Source: Pristiophorus japonicus (Eukaryota). Taken from it: a DNA stretch of 64,000 nt. The stretch spans positions 101,308,001 through 101,372,000 of the forward strand of contig NC_091981.1 of the NCBI RefSeq assembly GCF_044704955.1, given 5' to 3'. Positions 38,656 through 53,127 of the stretch are shown here, piece by piece. The notes beneath the pieces were generated by a model. It searched no databases. It was not told the origin of the DNA and worked only from the letters and a program-made list of their open reading frames with translations. Position numbers and translations under genes: made by a program. Position 1 is the first letter of the stretch. Every line of letters starts with the position of its first letter.

Positions 38656-41600
38656 AGCACGGAGCGGAGCAGAGCAAAGCAGGACTGAACCGAACCGAAA
38701 CGAAACTGAACTGGGGCAGGTAGGGCAGGCAGCTAGCCTGCAAGCCAGCTGGATTAAAGCTTCTCTGGCCACTACTCTGCTGTAACGCCCTAAAACCACG
38801 CACTAGCGGCCTAGCAGCTTGAGATTAGTCGCCTCCCCGACAAAACTTCAATTTAAATCGAGTAGGCCAATATGGTGTAGGCCCCAAACCCACGTAGATT
38901 TATGCTTGTGCAGCGGGAGCTTCGGGAAGTGGGCCGTTTCTTCATTAAAGTCAGCCGAGTCTGCGGTTTATTCTTTGGTTGTTGAGTGAAGGTCTCAGGA
39001 CTTTGTTTTAATTTTCCTCTTGTTCGGGTGGGGGAGGGGTGGTGCTGATGACGGTTTTAAACCCCGAGACTTGAAAAATTGCATCTGCTTTGATTTCCCC
39101 AGCCTGTGGAATTGACGTCAGTTTTTGTTCGCGTAAAATAGCATTGGATTTTACTTTGGCCATCTCGTTGCTGTTTATGTGCCCTTTTTTCTCGTTACAT
39201 TAATTTTATATGTAAAACTAAGAGGTTGATTGGTAGCTGGTACTTTATACAACGTTTCAGTTCCTGTGTTGTGCGGAAGTCTGCTACTTCCATTTATTTA
39301 TTAAATACTGAAGAGTAATTGTCAATCTTGTGCTACAGTTGAATCCTGATCAAGGCATATCTGGATATTTAGAGCTTAAGGTTTAGAATTCTTGTGAATT
39401 ACGCATTCTTTATTGTCTATTATAGAAAAGTCAATTTGTTACTGCCTATAACATTTTTATTTAGTGTAATTTAATTAAAATCGTACTGGAGGAAAGTAAT
39501 AGGTTGATGCCTGATCTCGGGTTATTGAGTTGTGAGGAAAACTAGAAACACCTGGAAAATGGTGATGCGGGTACCTTGAAGAGATATGCAAGGATTAAGA
39601 GCAATAAGCCATATCAGTAGGATAAGGGGTAGAGGTACACACTGATCAAAAGCAAATTCAAGAATATTTTGGTAAATACTTTAGTGGAGACAAAAAACAA
39701 AACAAAAATTGAAATTTTCAGTGGGCAGTTAAATGGTGTCAGGTTGATTGAGTTTCAATGGCAGGATACATAAAATGGGTTTAATGTGCTCTCTTGTGCA
39801 CTTACCTTTATGATCATTCGTCTGCTTTAAAACTGTTGCCTTTTTAAAATTTAGCAGTAGTTTGAGTTTTTTTAAAAACTTCAGTGGTTAGACACACCTA
39901 TGTTTGAATCTCAAATGTTATGCAATAGGAGTGAGTGACAATTGGAATTCAGTGATTTGATCTGTTCTGTGTGCTTTAGGAATGTGTTTACCTGGAGTTG
40001 GCTGATCTACATTGGGTTGTTATAACCTTTGCCATCTTTCACTTGAGTATCTCTTTTTATTCAACTAAGCTAATTTAACCAAGTTTTAAAATAGTTACTG
40101 TTTTGTTTACACCAAAATATAAATGTTTGAAATGCTGATTTTATTTGTGTGAGCAATTGCTGATTATTTTTTCCTAGGCGGATACAAAGTAGAAGATGAC
40201 AACGGTTGAAGATTCCTTTTTTTCTCCTATTAGCCTTGTTTCTACTAGTGAGTTGATCCATGTTTACAAATAAAAAGTAAATGCATCATGATGTATCCCA
40301 TTTACAGTGTGACCATATGTAGCATATTGAATAAAATTGTTTATAAACTCCCAGGCCCTAAGCAATGAAAACGTGAGCTCCTGTTGTGTTGCCAGGTCTG
40401 CCATTTTGAGTACAGAATGAGGTTGACAACTTGTCTTGGGACACCATGACTTTTCAACATGCAATTGACACTGTATTCAGAAAATGCAGCTACTGTGCCA
40501 GTATTGATGTTGGAGTTGGTAAAACACTTGCAAAATGGCAGATTTACAGATTTGTGAAGGATCTGCTAAACTTAAAAAAAATCTTCAAATTCTAATTAGA
40601 TGTTCATTCAGGATCCTGCATGGAGCTAGTAAGTGGGGAATATCATGTATGTGTTCAGTGGAGCTAGGAAACGATGCTCAATTATATTTTTTGATTTGTT
40701 ATTGGAACGTAAATATGTTTGGTGTGATGCGATGTATGTATTTAACAAAAAGATCTTATGAAACAATTCTGAAGTTGCAAAGTCTGCGTATGTACTCTCC
40801 TCACTCGTCTATCTCCATGACGGACTAAATTCTGAAATGTACTTAGTTTAAACCTGTTCTAAACAGATTATTTTTAATCCAGTTCCGATAAATTCAGATG
40901 TGAACTCTCCTTGCCCTACCTTACTTGCCGCCTTTTCCTAGACTAAATGTTATCTAGTACAGGACACCGAATGGTTTCTAAACAAAGATCCTGAAATGTA
41001 TTCTATGCAATGGAGGGCTTATTTTTTGTTTTGCAGACAGTGAAAGTCGTTTCTCCTCCCCTGCCCTCTCAATGACCAATAATAGAAACAAGTCTTTTGC
41101 ATATTTTATATTATGTAAAATGGGATTGAGTAATCATGCCCTAATTTTGGAATCAATTATGTACAGTCAACTGCTCAAAACCATCACTTTTCCATTTTCC
41201 TTACTGCCTGTCCACTAAAAAGGTGAAGAATAAATTTTAAAACTTTAATTAGGAAGGGGCCAAAGTTGTCTCAATCCTCTGAAATGTTCAAATTGCAGAA
41301 AGTGTTTCTGTCCAGCTCAGTCAACAGTCTAAGGTTTACTCTCGTTATAGGGTAGTAAGATTTTGATTTCAGAATATCCTACGTTCTGAATTTTTGTCAA
41401 TTTTCTCTCTCTCTCTCTCTCTTTCCCCCCCCCCCCCCCCCTTGCTGGATGGAGTACAGTTTCTAGCTTGTACTCCAATATCACTGTTCGTGTGGCCCTT
41501 GTCGTTTAGTGTCCGCAGACTGGGAAAAGGGCATCATAGTCAAACCTATTGATGTGCACTTTGGGATTGCTGGAAAGCTATCGGGAGCTGAAATCTTGTG

Positions 41601-42827
41601 TTCTTTTCCCCTCTAACCCAGAGGCACCAAAGCCAGTATATCTCCTGCTGTCCCAGTTAAGCTTAATAACCTGGGTGGAAACCATGATTCAAACATAGTA
41701 CTTTCTTGGTTTGTATAGCTTAGCTTTTCACTACTGAACCAGAGAGGGAAAGCTGTTTACCATTTCCAAAAAATTATGCAGTTACCTAAAGTTGTTTTCT
41801 CACCTCCACTATTGCATGTCTGTGTAGTACTTAAGCTGAGTAATGGGGTATACAAGTGTTTTGCCTGTTGACTTTGTGGAAGAAGATGGTAGAGAGAGAA
41901 GGGAAACATCAAAACTGAGTTCAGTTCAGTCCTTGGTAAATGTCTGCATGCACATACTTTCACAATTAGTATTTACCAGCCTGACCTGTTTTTCCTCCCT
42001 AGTCCATTTTTTGTTCTGGTTGTGCAACACTTAGCCAAACAAATGTGCTATTGTGGTAGGTCCCTGTGTAGTGTTTTTTTTTATACACCTGTAGGAAGAA
42101 CCTTGGTCGTGCAATGAGTTAGACAATCTCCTTTGCCTTTTGAGACTTGGGTTAAATCGTAGCTAAACTGATTGGATAAAGGGGTCCTGATGAGTAGCAA
42201 GTGTGGGTAGTCTCAGTGCAGTTCCTAGTTGGCACAGGCCTGCAACCAAAACTGCTCCAATTTGGTACTAATTGGCAATGTCACATTAAAATTGTAAACC
42301 AATGATTCTCTGCCCCCCCCCCCCGCTTTGCTATTTTTGGTGCTATATCTATTCTTGTACAATTATTTTAACACGTTTATCTAGAACCAACACAATAAAT
42401 CTGTAAAGCAACAAAAGTACTTGACATTTTAAATTATCAGCCAACTCCCAAAGAGCACATCCAACTATCTTTACCTGGACTGACTCCTAATTTCCTCTAA
42501 ACAAGAGCACACACAGTTTCCTTTTACCCTATAAATCAGTTCTCTAAAATCTGTAATGGTATTTGTTGTTCAGCTTAACTCATTTCTTCTTTCCTGAGCT
42601 GCATTTACATGCACTAAAATCATCAGGAGGACCCTTATAGTTTTATAATCCAGGCCAGCCAACAAAACATGGTCCATGTGAGGCATAAGAATCTTCCACA
42701 GTCTTCATACAAATCACCGTTAGCTGTTCTATGTGCTACAGATTGTGTTCTGCCCTTCTATAGGGTGGTTTTCAAACTTTTTCCTTCAATTCCACATCTC
42801 CAGTGCCTTGAATTCAAAATTGCTATT

Positions 42828-43426
42828 GGACTGGAATTTCCTTGAATGTTGTGCTGAAATAATGACGTGCCAGTTTTCAGCAGAGGGTTAAGGAAATGTA
42901 CTGAGTTTCCTCAACCTTTTGTGCCGATTCAGCAAAACCTTTGTTGCTCATCAACATAGCTGCACCCCATGGAAACAAATTGGAGTTTGAGTTTGCTGCA
43001 TTTATGGCAAATCTGAACTAGCTCAATTTTAAGCACAGCAGGACCATAAATCCTATTCTGCTTTATGGTGTTTCTATTTCTTTTCCCTCATTGAAACCTG
43101 CATTCTATTTTCTGGAGCTTTGAATACATTTTAATGGCCTCAATGAGTCATATTACAAATTGAAAAGCTTCTACAATTACATTTTCCTAAACCTGTGCCT
43201 AATATGCATGAATTATGGCTTGATGGCTTCAAACTTTAATTTTCATACTTGGAGGTTCTTGAAGGAGGAATATGGTGTACGGTCAGCACTTTCCTCGGAG
43301 CCCACGTTTGTTTTCTTGCATTCTAGTGTATATTAGAGGTTTTCTGACATAAGTCCCAGTCGGCATAGAAACCAGTGTAAATTTTAATGTAACTTCTGGT
43401 TATGACGTTTGAGGAAATTCTGGGCC
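42828..43426. mobile_element. Old MITE with imperfect TIRs
   Basis: ggactggaatttcctt ... gaggaaattctgggcc. Confidence 0.5.
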
Positions 43427-43934
43427 TCTTTATTTTCAATCTGAAGTGGAATAGTCAATTCAAAATTGACTAATCTTGAATTGACAGCTGAAAGTGAGTC
43501 TATTCTTTCCAGATTCTCTTAGGATCAGTGCTCTTTGCTGCTCTGATGGCATGGGAGGCAACTATTTAGAAAATGAAGTTACAACAGGTGGATGCAAAAT
43601 GTTGCTCACCCCTTTTTCTGCCTTCTGCTTCAATCTTTTAAATCATTTGTAGATGATTGTGGGAAGGGAGAAGATTTGGCAGTAGAGTAGCCTTGTGGGT
43701 AATCTACTGGATGAGTGACCCAGAAGTCATGAGTTCAAATCCCACCATGATGAGTAGTGGAATTGAATTCAATAAATCTGGTTGTTTGTGGGCTGGCATC
43801 ATTTTGTTGTAAAGTCCAACTAGTTCACTAATATCCTTCAGACATTGATTTTTTAACTTTGTACCTACATGCTGCTGCTTGTAGTACTTGATCCCTGGGA
43901 TGTAGTACTTGAGCCTGTGCATATAGAATAGACT

Positions 43935-44280
43935 CATAGATTCATAAAAATTTACAGCACGGAAGGAGCCCATTTCGGTGCCGGCTGACAAAAAGCTGTC
44001 CAGCCTAATCCCCACTTTCCAGCTTTTGGTCTGTAGCCCTGTAGGTTACGGCACTTCAAGTGCACATCCAAGTACTTAAAGTGGTAAGGGTTTCTGCCTC
44101 TACCACCCTTTCAAGCAGTGAATTCCAGACCCTCACCACCCTCTAGGTGAAGAAATTTCCCCTCAAATCGCCTCTCATCCTCCCACCAATTACTCTAAAT
44201 CTATGCCCCTTGGTTGTTGGCTGCTCTGCTCAGGGAAATTCCTATCCACTATTTAGGCCCCTCATAATTTTGTACATCTT
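43935..44280 (-). mobile_element. CR1 3' end (same subfamily as 58011-60330)
   Basis: Shares ctgtaggttacggcactt...tccagacc with 58440-58545. Confidence 0.8.
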
Positions 44281-45009
44281 CGACCTAGTAACTGTTTCAA
44301 GGGTAACAAAGTATGAGAAGTAGGTCACCTGCTCTACCCTTGAGATTGAGTTCAATACTTGGAGAGAAAGAACAGCGTTTTTGTTCAAGAAACCTGTGTG
44401 AATACAGTTTTTAACTTGTGTGTAGCAGTATATAAACCATATTCTAAAGTTTACAGTTAATTAATGTAAAATCTGTAATCTCGCAAACGTAAAGGTCAAA
44501 TATTGAGAGATGCCTTGGATAAAAATCAAATGTTATATTAGATAAATAAGCTTTTGTGCTTGTTTTTTTCCAACTGCTAAGTTATCTGGTATGGCATTGT
44601 TAATTGAAAAGAGCAGCCTGCCTACCTGCTTGGAAATGCACGCAATACTCCTGCGAGCCTGTACTTTCATCCACTTGTGTATAAGCACTTGCCCGTTTGG
44701 TACGACCCTACATCAAAGCTATGCAGTTCATGGCCAGGCCACTGAGTGGAAAACCTCAATAGCTTCTGTTGTTGGCCCACTACTTGGTGTCAGTAGCCAT
44801 CATGATAGAGACATGCTCCACTCAGTTAACAGCTGATAATGGGGGAAACCGGTATTATTTTGAAATCCAAATGCCAGCCTTAGCTCGGACTTGATTTGTA
44901 AGATACAAGGTGAGCATGGGGAACTGGGAGTAAACAAACATTACCTGTTTTGATTTACCATTTATTTCGAAACTATAATATAATTAAGTATATCTAAAAA
45001 ATAAATTGA

Positions 45010-45198
<189 letters not shown>

Positions 45199-45700
45199 TA
45201 AGGAGTTTTACTGGCAGGCAATCTATTTAGTGACTTTTCTTTATTCTTAATGTCTGTTTGAATGTTGGATGGTGAAATGGGCATGCTTTTTCTGTTGAAA
45301 TTTAGCAGTCTGGAGAATCTACTTGGGCTTGGAAATAAAATTAAATTTGGTAACCTTCTTAAAATGGCTGCCATAGTGTTGAAGGTACCTAACTCACTGG
45401 CACCAATAAATGTGGTGAAATTGCTTCTAAATCACTTGATCACTACTGTCTTGCCTATCTGAATCAATTAACATAACATTCACTGTACATTGACGTTCAC
45501 CTCTTGTTTCTTTCATGTTCAAGTGGAAGCGGTGCTGTGAAATCCACTCCTTTTTGTATCAGACAGATTCCACAGCACTGGGGGCAACAAACAAGCAACT
45601 GCTCATAACATTTGCAAAGTTGCAGGTCATGACTTTTATTCCCATCTGCTTTAAAATATACACATGCACAATGGAGACAAAATGGCATAATTGAGTCTAT

Positions 45701-46704
45701 GGGCCCAAGTTTCCACAAGAAAAAAAACGAGCGCCCCTCCGAGCTGGGCGCCCGTGTTTCGCACCTAAAACGGCGCCTTAAAAAATCCTCGGTATTCTCC
45801 ACCTACTTACAGGTCCTCTGGCCCTCGGCGCAGCCAGCATGAGCTGTGGGGGGGCGGAGCCAGGTCCATGCGCTGAAAACAGTGCCGGGACCTCTGCACA
45901 TGCGCGCTACAGTTGGCACGCAAGTGCAGTAGCTCCAGGCGCCGAACTGTGTGGGAGGGGCCCGAAGCACGCAGCCCCTAGCCCTGGCTGAATGGCCTCA
46001 CTGGGGCTGCGTGAATAAGGCTCCTCCCATGGCCAGCTCCTGCTCTCCCCGCCCCCGACACCCGCTCCCCCCCGCCGACCTGACCCGACCCGACACCCGC
46101 TCTCCCTCCCCCTCTCCCTCTCCCCCTCCCTCCCTCCCGCTCAGCGACACCAACAGCTTTCTCCCCCCCCCCCCTCCCACTCAGCAGCACGAACGGCTGC
46201 AAAATTCTCCCTGGCTGAAGCACTTTCACACAGGTAGGAAGATGGTTTATTTAATCTTTTCTTGGCTTATAAATGTTTATTCAGGTTGGATTTATTTGTA
46301 TAATATTTGTAGAAGTATAAATAAGGATTTATTGTCGAATTTAATGAGTTCCCTTCCCCACCCCCCCCTCCCCCCCCACCTCGTTCTGGACGCCTAATTT
46401 GTAACCTGCGCCTGATTTTTTTAATGTGTAGAACAGGTTTTTTCAGTTCTACAAAAATCTTCACTGGCTCCATTCTACTTTAGTTTGGAGTACATTTTCA
46501 CTGTGGAAACTTTCAAATCAGGTGTCAGTGGCCGGACACGCCCCCTTTTGAAGAAAAAATTCTGTTCTAAAGTAGAACTGTTCTACCTGACTCGAACTGC
46601 AGGAAAAAAAATGTGGAGAATTGCGATTTCTAAAATAGTCTGTTCTCCACCAGTTGCTCCTATAAAAAAAAAATCAGGTGCGAATCATGTGGAAACTTGG
46701 GCCC
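45701..46704. mobile_element. PIF/Harbinger-type MITE, young
   Basis: Perfect 17-bp TIR GGGCCCAAGTTTCCACA and 3-bp TSD TAT/TAT; CpG-rich. Confidence 0.9.
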
Positions 46705-47662
46705 TATATGTTGTGCACTCAATCCAGTTGCAACATTTATTTGGCACTGTTCCCATTGGAGGTATTGGATAAAGCCATCCCTTGAGTTGATAGCAATTTT
46801 ATGTTAATAGGACTGCTGTCAAAACATTCCTCATCAATATCTGCAAACATGGGGCCAGATTCCATATTATAACTTAATCATTCTATTCTTTAAAAAGCCT
46901 ACTCCTCCAACCTATTGCATTCAGCTCTGCAGAACTGAACAGTGGGCCCTGGTGTTCCAATGTGTATTGATTCATGCTTGTTTGGTAAACCTCTTGTACA
47001 ATATGCATTTGCAGCATAGCTTGGAGGGTATTGTAATCCACAACTACCTAGTAGCATAATACCTGCTGTGGGCTGTACCTGAGCAGAGATGGATGGTTGC
47101 AAATTTATCCCAGAAATAGTTCTGCTTGTGTGTACATGTGTATAGTGTGTACGTATATATAGTGTTACATGGACTTCCATTATAGAATCATTGAACTGTT
47201 CTTGTACTGTATAAACTGTCATTGCCTAATTTAATTTTTTTTTTAATAAACGTTTAACCAGCTCCTTTTGCAGTGTTATTCACTAGGGAGTTTTAACTCT
47301 TTTCTGTCAAGCTAACTGAGTGTAAGGGCATATACAGGTGATTAGGTGTGCAATGCATGTAATGTGAACTTGTGATATGCACTGAGACTTGGTACAATGA
47401 AATGGGATTTGGTTGTCGTCTGTTTTGTATCCATTGTTAAATTTGCTGTTTCTTGAGAAGAACTGATGTGGGGGCAACAATGGAATAAATTGCTCGTGTG
47501 TAGATTGTCTCATGCCAAGAGAACAAGGGTTGGAGCTGCATTTTGTGCTTTCTTTCACAAGCTTTCATTAAAATAATTTAATGGGATCCCTGCTAAATTA
47601 GTTAAATGGAGTATTCTGTGTAAACACTTAGTTAATTTGATTTTGATATGAACCTGTTTCAG

Positions 47663-47828
47663 TGCTGACAATACATGGGAGCCAGAAGACAATTTGGATT
47701 GCCCAGAGTTGATCCAGGAGTTTCTGGATTCGCAAAAGGCCACCAAGGAGCGTACTGATGGATTCAAAAGAAAATCTATCTCTGAAAATGAGAGTGAGGA
47801 AAACAAGCCTAAAAAGAAAAAGGATCCA
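47663..47828 (+). CDS. CBX3: HP1-gamma chromodomain end and hinge exon
   Basis: gtttcag|...|gtaagc, 166 nt, [56 protein letters not shown] (KRKS hinge motif). Confidence 0.96.
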
Positions 47829-48938
47829 GTAAGCGACTGTCTTTAGATTGATATTTCCAGAATGATTAAGCTGAAACAGCTTTTATTTATTTTACAGCAA
47901 GGCTGTGCAAAATAATAGTTTGATAACAGAAACCAAGATCATTTCTGTTGTTTACTGCATTATTTCTCATCCAAAAGTGCAAACAAGTACTGTGCTCCCT
48001 GGCTGCGACTAATTCTCTTTGGTGTCTTGTTGCTGGATGTAAAAGAGAAGCTTGCATTGATGCACTTGGAGCCCGAGGCATTTGGTTATTCCCATTCCAC
48101 CCCAGCACTGAGAATCTGAGTCAATTGGGAAGAATGTAGCAGATGGTACAAATTCAGGTTATGAGTCTGCTGCCAATTTATATAAGGTTGCCACCTGCAT
48201 ACTACCTTAACCCAAAGATAAATTTGATTTATTCCATTCGCAATTTGAAACTTGGAAATCAATTTGTAGTGGTAAGTGGATTTTTTTTTTGAGGGGCTGG
48301 TGACATTTTGGCGTGAGATTCTGAATGTACGGTGAAATGCTTTTGAGTTGTGTTTTTAAAATTATATTCCTTTGTTCAGTTTCTCGCATTATACCAAGGT
48401 GAATTTAACACAAGTTATAACATGTTAAAAGGTGTATTTATAGAGGCACTTTTAACATGTTGGTTTATCCCAAAGCACTCTACAGAGTTGTGTTGATAAT
48501 ATGAATAAAAGAATGGATGCAGAGAGTTAGAAGTGGTGGTCTAAACGTGGCTGAGATGGATTTTGAGAAGGTATTAAAAGGTGTAAGAGTTTCGGGTAGA
48601 AAGGAATGCTATGCCAATGGGAGTTGGGGGGTGGGTGGGAGAAGCTGGGGGAAGTGGAGAGAGAAAGAGAATTGGGGTGAGTTGAGGTGTTGAGTTTTTT
48701 TAGATCAGGGCAACAATTTTTAATTCAATGGGAGGGGGTGGGGGGGGGGGAGAAAGCAGGGTGCCAATGAGGATAGGAATGATCAAGTGATGGAGGTAAT
48801 GGGTAGATGAGTTATGAAAATTGATGAGAAGCTGGCAAGGAGGACGTTGGAAAAGTGTTGGTATGGGTAATGGTTTTAGTGACGATAAGGGTCATTGTTG
48901 CAGAGGTGGAAGTAAGCATTCTTGGTGACTGGTACATT

Positions 48939-50179
48939 GGTCCCAAGTTTTGGGTGGAGTTGCTCCAACTAGTTTAGTTTGGAGTATCTTAGCAATCGCA
49001 ATTCTCGGCATTTAGTTTGCTCCAGTTCTAGTGAGTTTAGTTTCGTTTTAGTTCAGTTTTTTTTTTCAAATGGTGTGTCCAGCCACTTAGGCCTGTTTTG
49101 TAAGTTTAGGCAGCGAAAACTTACTCCAAACTAACTTAGAATGGAGTAAGTGTCCACTTTTGTAAGTTCTGAAAAACCTTACCTAGAGTTAAGTTCAGTG
49201 CAGGCACAGCCAGAGACATGGGATGGCAAGCATTAAACACAAAGGAACTAAATCATTAAACACATCACTTAAAATGGCCGAAAACCTCTTGCAATGATAT
49301 TTTGCCTTGTATCCACTGACTGAGGGCAGTTGTTTCTCTTTTTTTATAAATAAGCAAGTGTAGGCTTCTGGCTGAGGCACACATCATCATCAGCTGGGGC
49401 GGGGAAGGTTAGTTAAGAGGATTTTCCAAAGCAATAAACACCTTTACAGCAACATTAAAGAAGCATAAGTACATTTAAAGCACATTTAAAGCACCCAAGT
49501 ACTAAATGAAGCACAAAAAGTAATAAGCAATTAATTAACATAAAAAATTAGAAGGAACGCTGCACCTAAAGCACCAAGATCAAAGTAATAAGTAACCAAT
49601 CAATAACAAATTAAAAAAAAAATAGAAGTCCTACCTTTTTATGTGATGGGAAGGTGTTTCTGTCAGTCTCTGTCCATGTCTCTGTGTGTCTCTCACTCTC
49701 TGACAGTGGAGGGTGGAGGGGGGGGAGTGGTCGAGTAACTGAAAAACGTTACAGCCACTGGGCTCCCGCACTTCTACTGCCCCCCCCCCCCCCTCCCCCA
49801 GCCACAAATCCTCTGCCAATAGTGGCTGGAGACTTACTGGTGTCAATTGCATCAGACTGCTTTTCAGACGGCGAGAAGCAGCTCCTGTTTTTTTTCAGTG
49901 GCATGGATTGCGATACCTAACAAGTTAAATGCTCACTCATCAGGCCCCTCCCACACAGCCTGCAGAGCATCAGGCTGCGAGGAGGTTGTGTGCATGTACA
50001 GCGGTCCCGGCACTGTGTTCAGTGCCGGGACCTGGCTCCGCCCCCTCACCCCTTGTGTTGCGCTGCGCCGAGGTGCCGAAGATGTCCTGAGGAGTTTGGA
50101 GAATTAGAAACTTTTTCGCCGCCCTTTTTATTCCAGAAAGTTGGTGCGCTGTTTTTACAGGGGGCAGAAACTTGGGCCC
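48939..50179. mobile_element. PIF/Harbinger-type MITE related to 45701-46704, in inverted orientation
   Basis: TIRs ggtcccaagttt / aaacttgggccc; subterminal homology with the first MITE on the opposite strand. Confidence 0.85.
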
Positions 50180-50534
50180 AATATGTGGTTTGTAGCTGTG
50201 GGTCAAAGCAGACACCATGGTTTTTGCATGGTCTGGTTCTGTCTGAGCAAGTACCTGAGATGTGGTTGTAATCAGGGGAAGAGTTTGTTGTTTATGGTGA
50301 ATTGTAAAATGGTTACAGCACGAAAGAAGACCATTTGGCCTGTCGAGCCTGTGCTAGTTCTCCAAGTGCACCACAGCTGGTCTCATACCCCTGCCTTTTC
50401 CCCATAGCCCTGCAATATTTTTTATTTCAGGTACTTGTCTATCTCCCTTTTGACAGCCATGATTGAGTCTGCCTCCACCACCCCCTCATATAGTGCATAC
50501 CAGATCCTAACCATTCGCTGTAAAAGACAAGCTA

Positions 50535-50632
50535 ATCCTGTTACGCTGGTGTGGGTTGAGAAATAACTGCCACGGCACCAGGAATAATCCCCTGCGCTAA
50601 TTTAAAGGTACCGTGGGATCTTTTACATCCGC
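50535..50632 (-). repeat. Deu-domain SINE fragment (AmnSINE/SacSINE-like)
   Basis: gtaccgtgggatcttttacatccgcc matches the recalled Deu-domain core. Confidence 0.5.
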
Positions 50633-52594
50633 CGTGTTGGTGACGACATGGACCAGGAAGGCCTGCTGAGTTGGGCGGGATTAAGGGAGACGATGGGTCT
50701 GGTAGAAGTGACCATGGTGATGGGAACAAAACTGCAGTAACGGGATTAGAAGTAAGTGGGTGCAGAGACTTGAAAAATGGAAATTGTTGCAGGATTGGTC
50801 TTCAGCGATGATGAAATTAATGAGCTCTTTGTACTTGCAGGTGAGGGTGGAGGATACAATAAAAGGTGTTTGAGGAGGTGAATAGTCAATTAAGAAAATG
50901 TTCTTGCCCCTTATCGATCCTGAATACAAGGAGGATTTTACTCCGGACAACAGTGACACCAGTGATTAACATGGAGGTCAATCTGGTGATCAACTAGATT
51001 AGTTGTGTGCTCGAGTCTGAAGCTCTTGGACTTAAGGAGCAAAGATGGAATACTGGAGAGCAATGGTTTGGAGATGAGCAATTTAGTGAGATGATACTCA
51101 AAGGCAGAGATAAAACAACAAATTTATAGCAGCTGAAGTGTCGGGATGGAACAGCGGAGGTGGAGTTAGAAATTTGAGTGAATTGGAGGGGGAGCTGAGA
51201 AAGTTGTTTTTCTTCTTTCTTGCCCCCCCCCCCAATTCCCAAGACAAATGGTGACAATGGGGAGACCAAGAAATGGTCAGAGTTAGCTTTGATCTGACCG
51301 AGATCTTGGAAGTGCAAAAGCCATGAGATGGCATGGTCGGGCTGGGAGAGTTTGTGATTGCTTAGATTAAGTGAGGATAGAAGGACTGAGAAATCTGAGG
51401 AATGAGTGTAAACTGAAATCCATGAGTTGGCACTTGATGCAAAGGCTAGTGGAGATTTCAGTGAGGAAGTTGGCATGGACCTTGGATGGTACATTGTAAG
51501 AATGTTGAGTGAGAGGGGAGAGATGGAAAATGGTGAGCTTGAATGGAAGGTACCAGAGGCCTGCAGGTGGTGGATTTAAGCAGGACAAGTGATAATGTGT
51601 AGCTGGGTGGGTTCATTGATGGGGAAGGAGTCACTTGTAAAGCCAAATTTCTGTTTAGTGCCAGGATGTCTGTAGAGGCGTCATTGATTTCAAATTTGTC
51701 ATTGAAAGGATTTTTCATGTTGGTTTTTGGAGCACAGGATGCTTTGCCACAGAGTGTGGTGACAGTGGAGACTTCAAGGAAAATTTGACAAATATTTGAA
51801 GCTGAGGAAGATGCAGGACTATTGAGGGAGAAGGGCAGTGGGATTAATTTTGGATTGCATTCAGAAAAAGCTGGCACAGACACAATTCACTGAATGGCAG
51901 CTAACTCTTCTGTAAACTGCCGATGGTTTTGTCCTCCAGTATGTCCAGATGGAGGATAGTGTAAAGGGACGGCAAGGATGTTGAAGTTAATTATAGAGCA
52001 AACCTGTTACCAGGAGTGTAGGGCGAGATGGAATGGGGATGCAATTACCAAAGACTGATGCTATGAAGAGCATGGCAACAAATAACAAAGTGGAGTCTCG
52101 CTGGGCACGATACACGAGTACTGGCGCAAGTGATGGGAGGGTGAGAAGGTGGAAGGGTGCATGGTTGGATGAGATGAATGCAGGGCCTGGAAATGACTGA
52201 AAAGGAAAAATCAGTATATGATTAGTGCCTCCAGTAATTTAAACTTCTATTATGTAAGCACTTTGACAATTTTTTTCCCCCTTTTCAAAATCGGGGATGT
52301 CAATAAGGTGGAATTAAACACATCTACTTTAGCCAGCTATTGTTGATGGCTAATGCCCGTAGATCAGCTGTAACATGGACTCGTTCACATCCAGTCTCCC
52401 GAGCATCCCCTGCTTGTGTGAAGCTGTCGAAGCCCATGGCAACTGTCCAAATGGCTTCGCAAAGTGGCAAAATGCACTTGGTTTCAGACCCATTTATATA
52501 CAGTGTTTTTGTACAGTATTTATATACATCAGCAAACTATAGAAACATTCATGCTTTCTATAACTTCAATTGACCTTAGGATGCAAATGTGTAA

Positions 52595-52717
<123 letters not shown>

Positions 52718-53127
52718 TAAGGATTTCTATTCTAAAGTATATTAGAGTTAGACTGTGGGTTAATAGTTTTTTTTTATTGACATATTTTTTAAAAAAAACA
52801 TGACCCTTTTTTTAATCTTTCATTTTCATAAAGCTTTATTATATCTGATAGTGGTATGCTGCATTTAGTATTTCTAAAGTATCTCTGGTGATTAATCTAC
52901 CTGGCCAGAATACCAAACCTAGAAAAGAAGCTCGGTGCAGGAGAGTTGAGGAAAGAAAGAGTTGCATTTATATAGCACCTTTCATGACCCAAAGTGCCTC
53001 AAGGCTAATTAAGTACTTTTTAGGTGTAGTCATTGTTGAAATTGGGTACACTGCATATTACATGCTTATTAAGCAAGGGAAAGGCTACGTGCACCTGAAA
53101 CTGTCAAACTAGTAGTTTTAATCTGAT

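Larger units (their letters stand above)
37230..39140. promoter_or_regulatory. Bidirectional HNRNPA2B1/CBX3 promoter and CpG-rich island (A2UCOE counterpart)
   Basis: CpG density is clearly higher than in the flanks, the region lies between divergent genes, and it contains housekeeping motifs. Confidence 0.85.

Noticed and set aside
45951-46397. Pro-rich 148-aa ORF and CpG-rich patch suggesting a gene or promoter
   Set aside because: Lies wholly inside a TIR/TSD-bounded MITE.
48419-48461. Hairpin aacatgttaaaag...cttttaacatgtt
   Set aside because: Sits at a LINE-2 tail junction; probably an insertion by-product, too short and AT-rich for a miRNA call.
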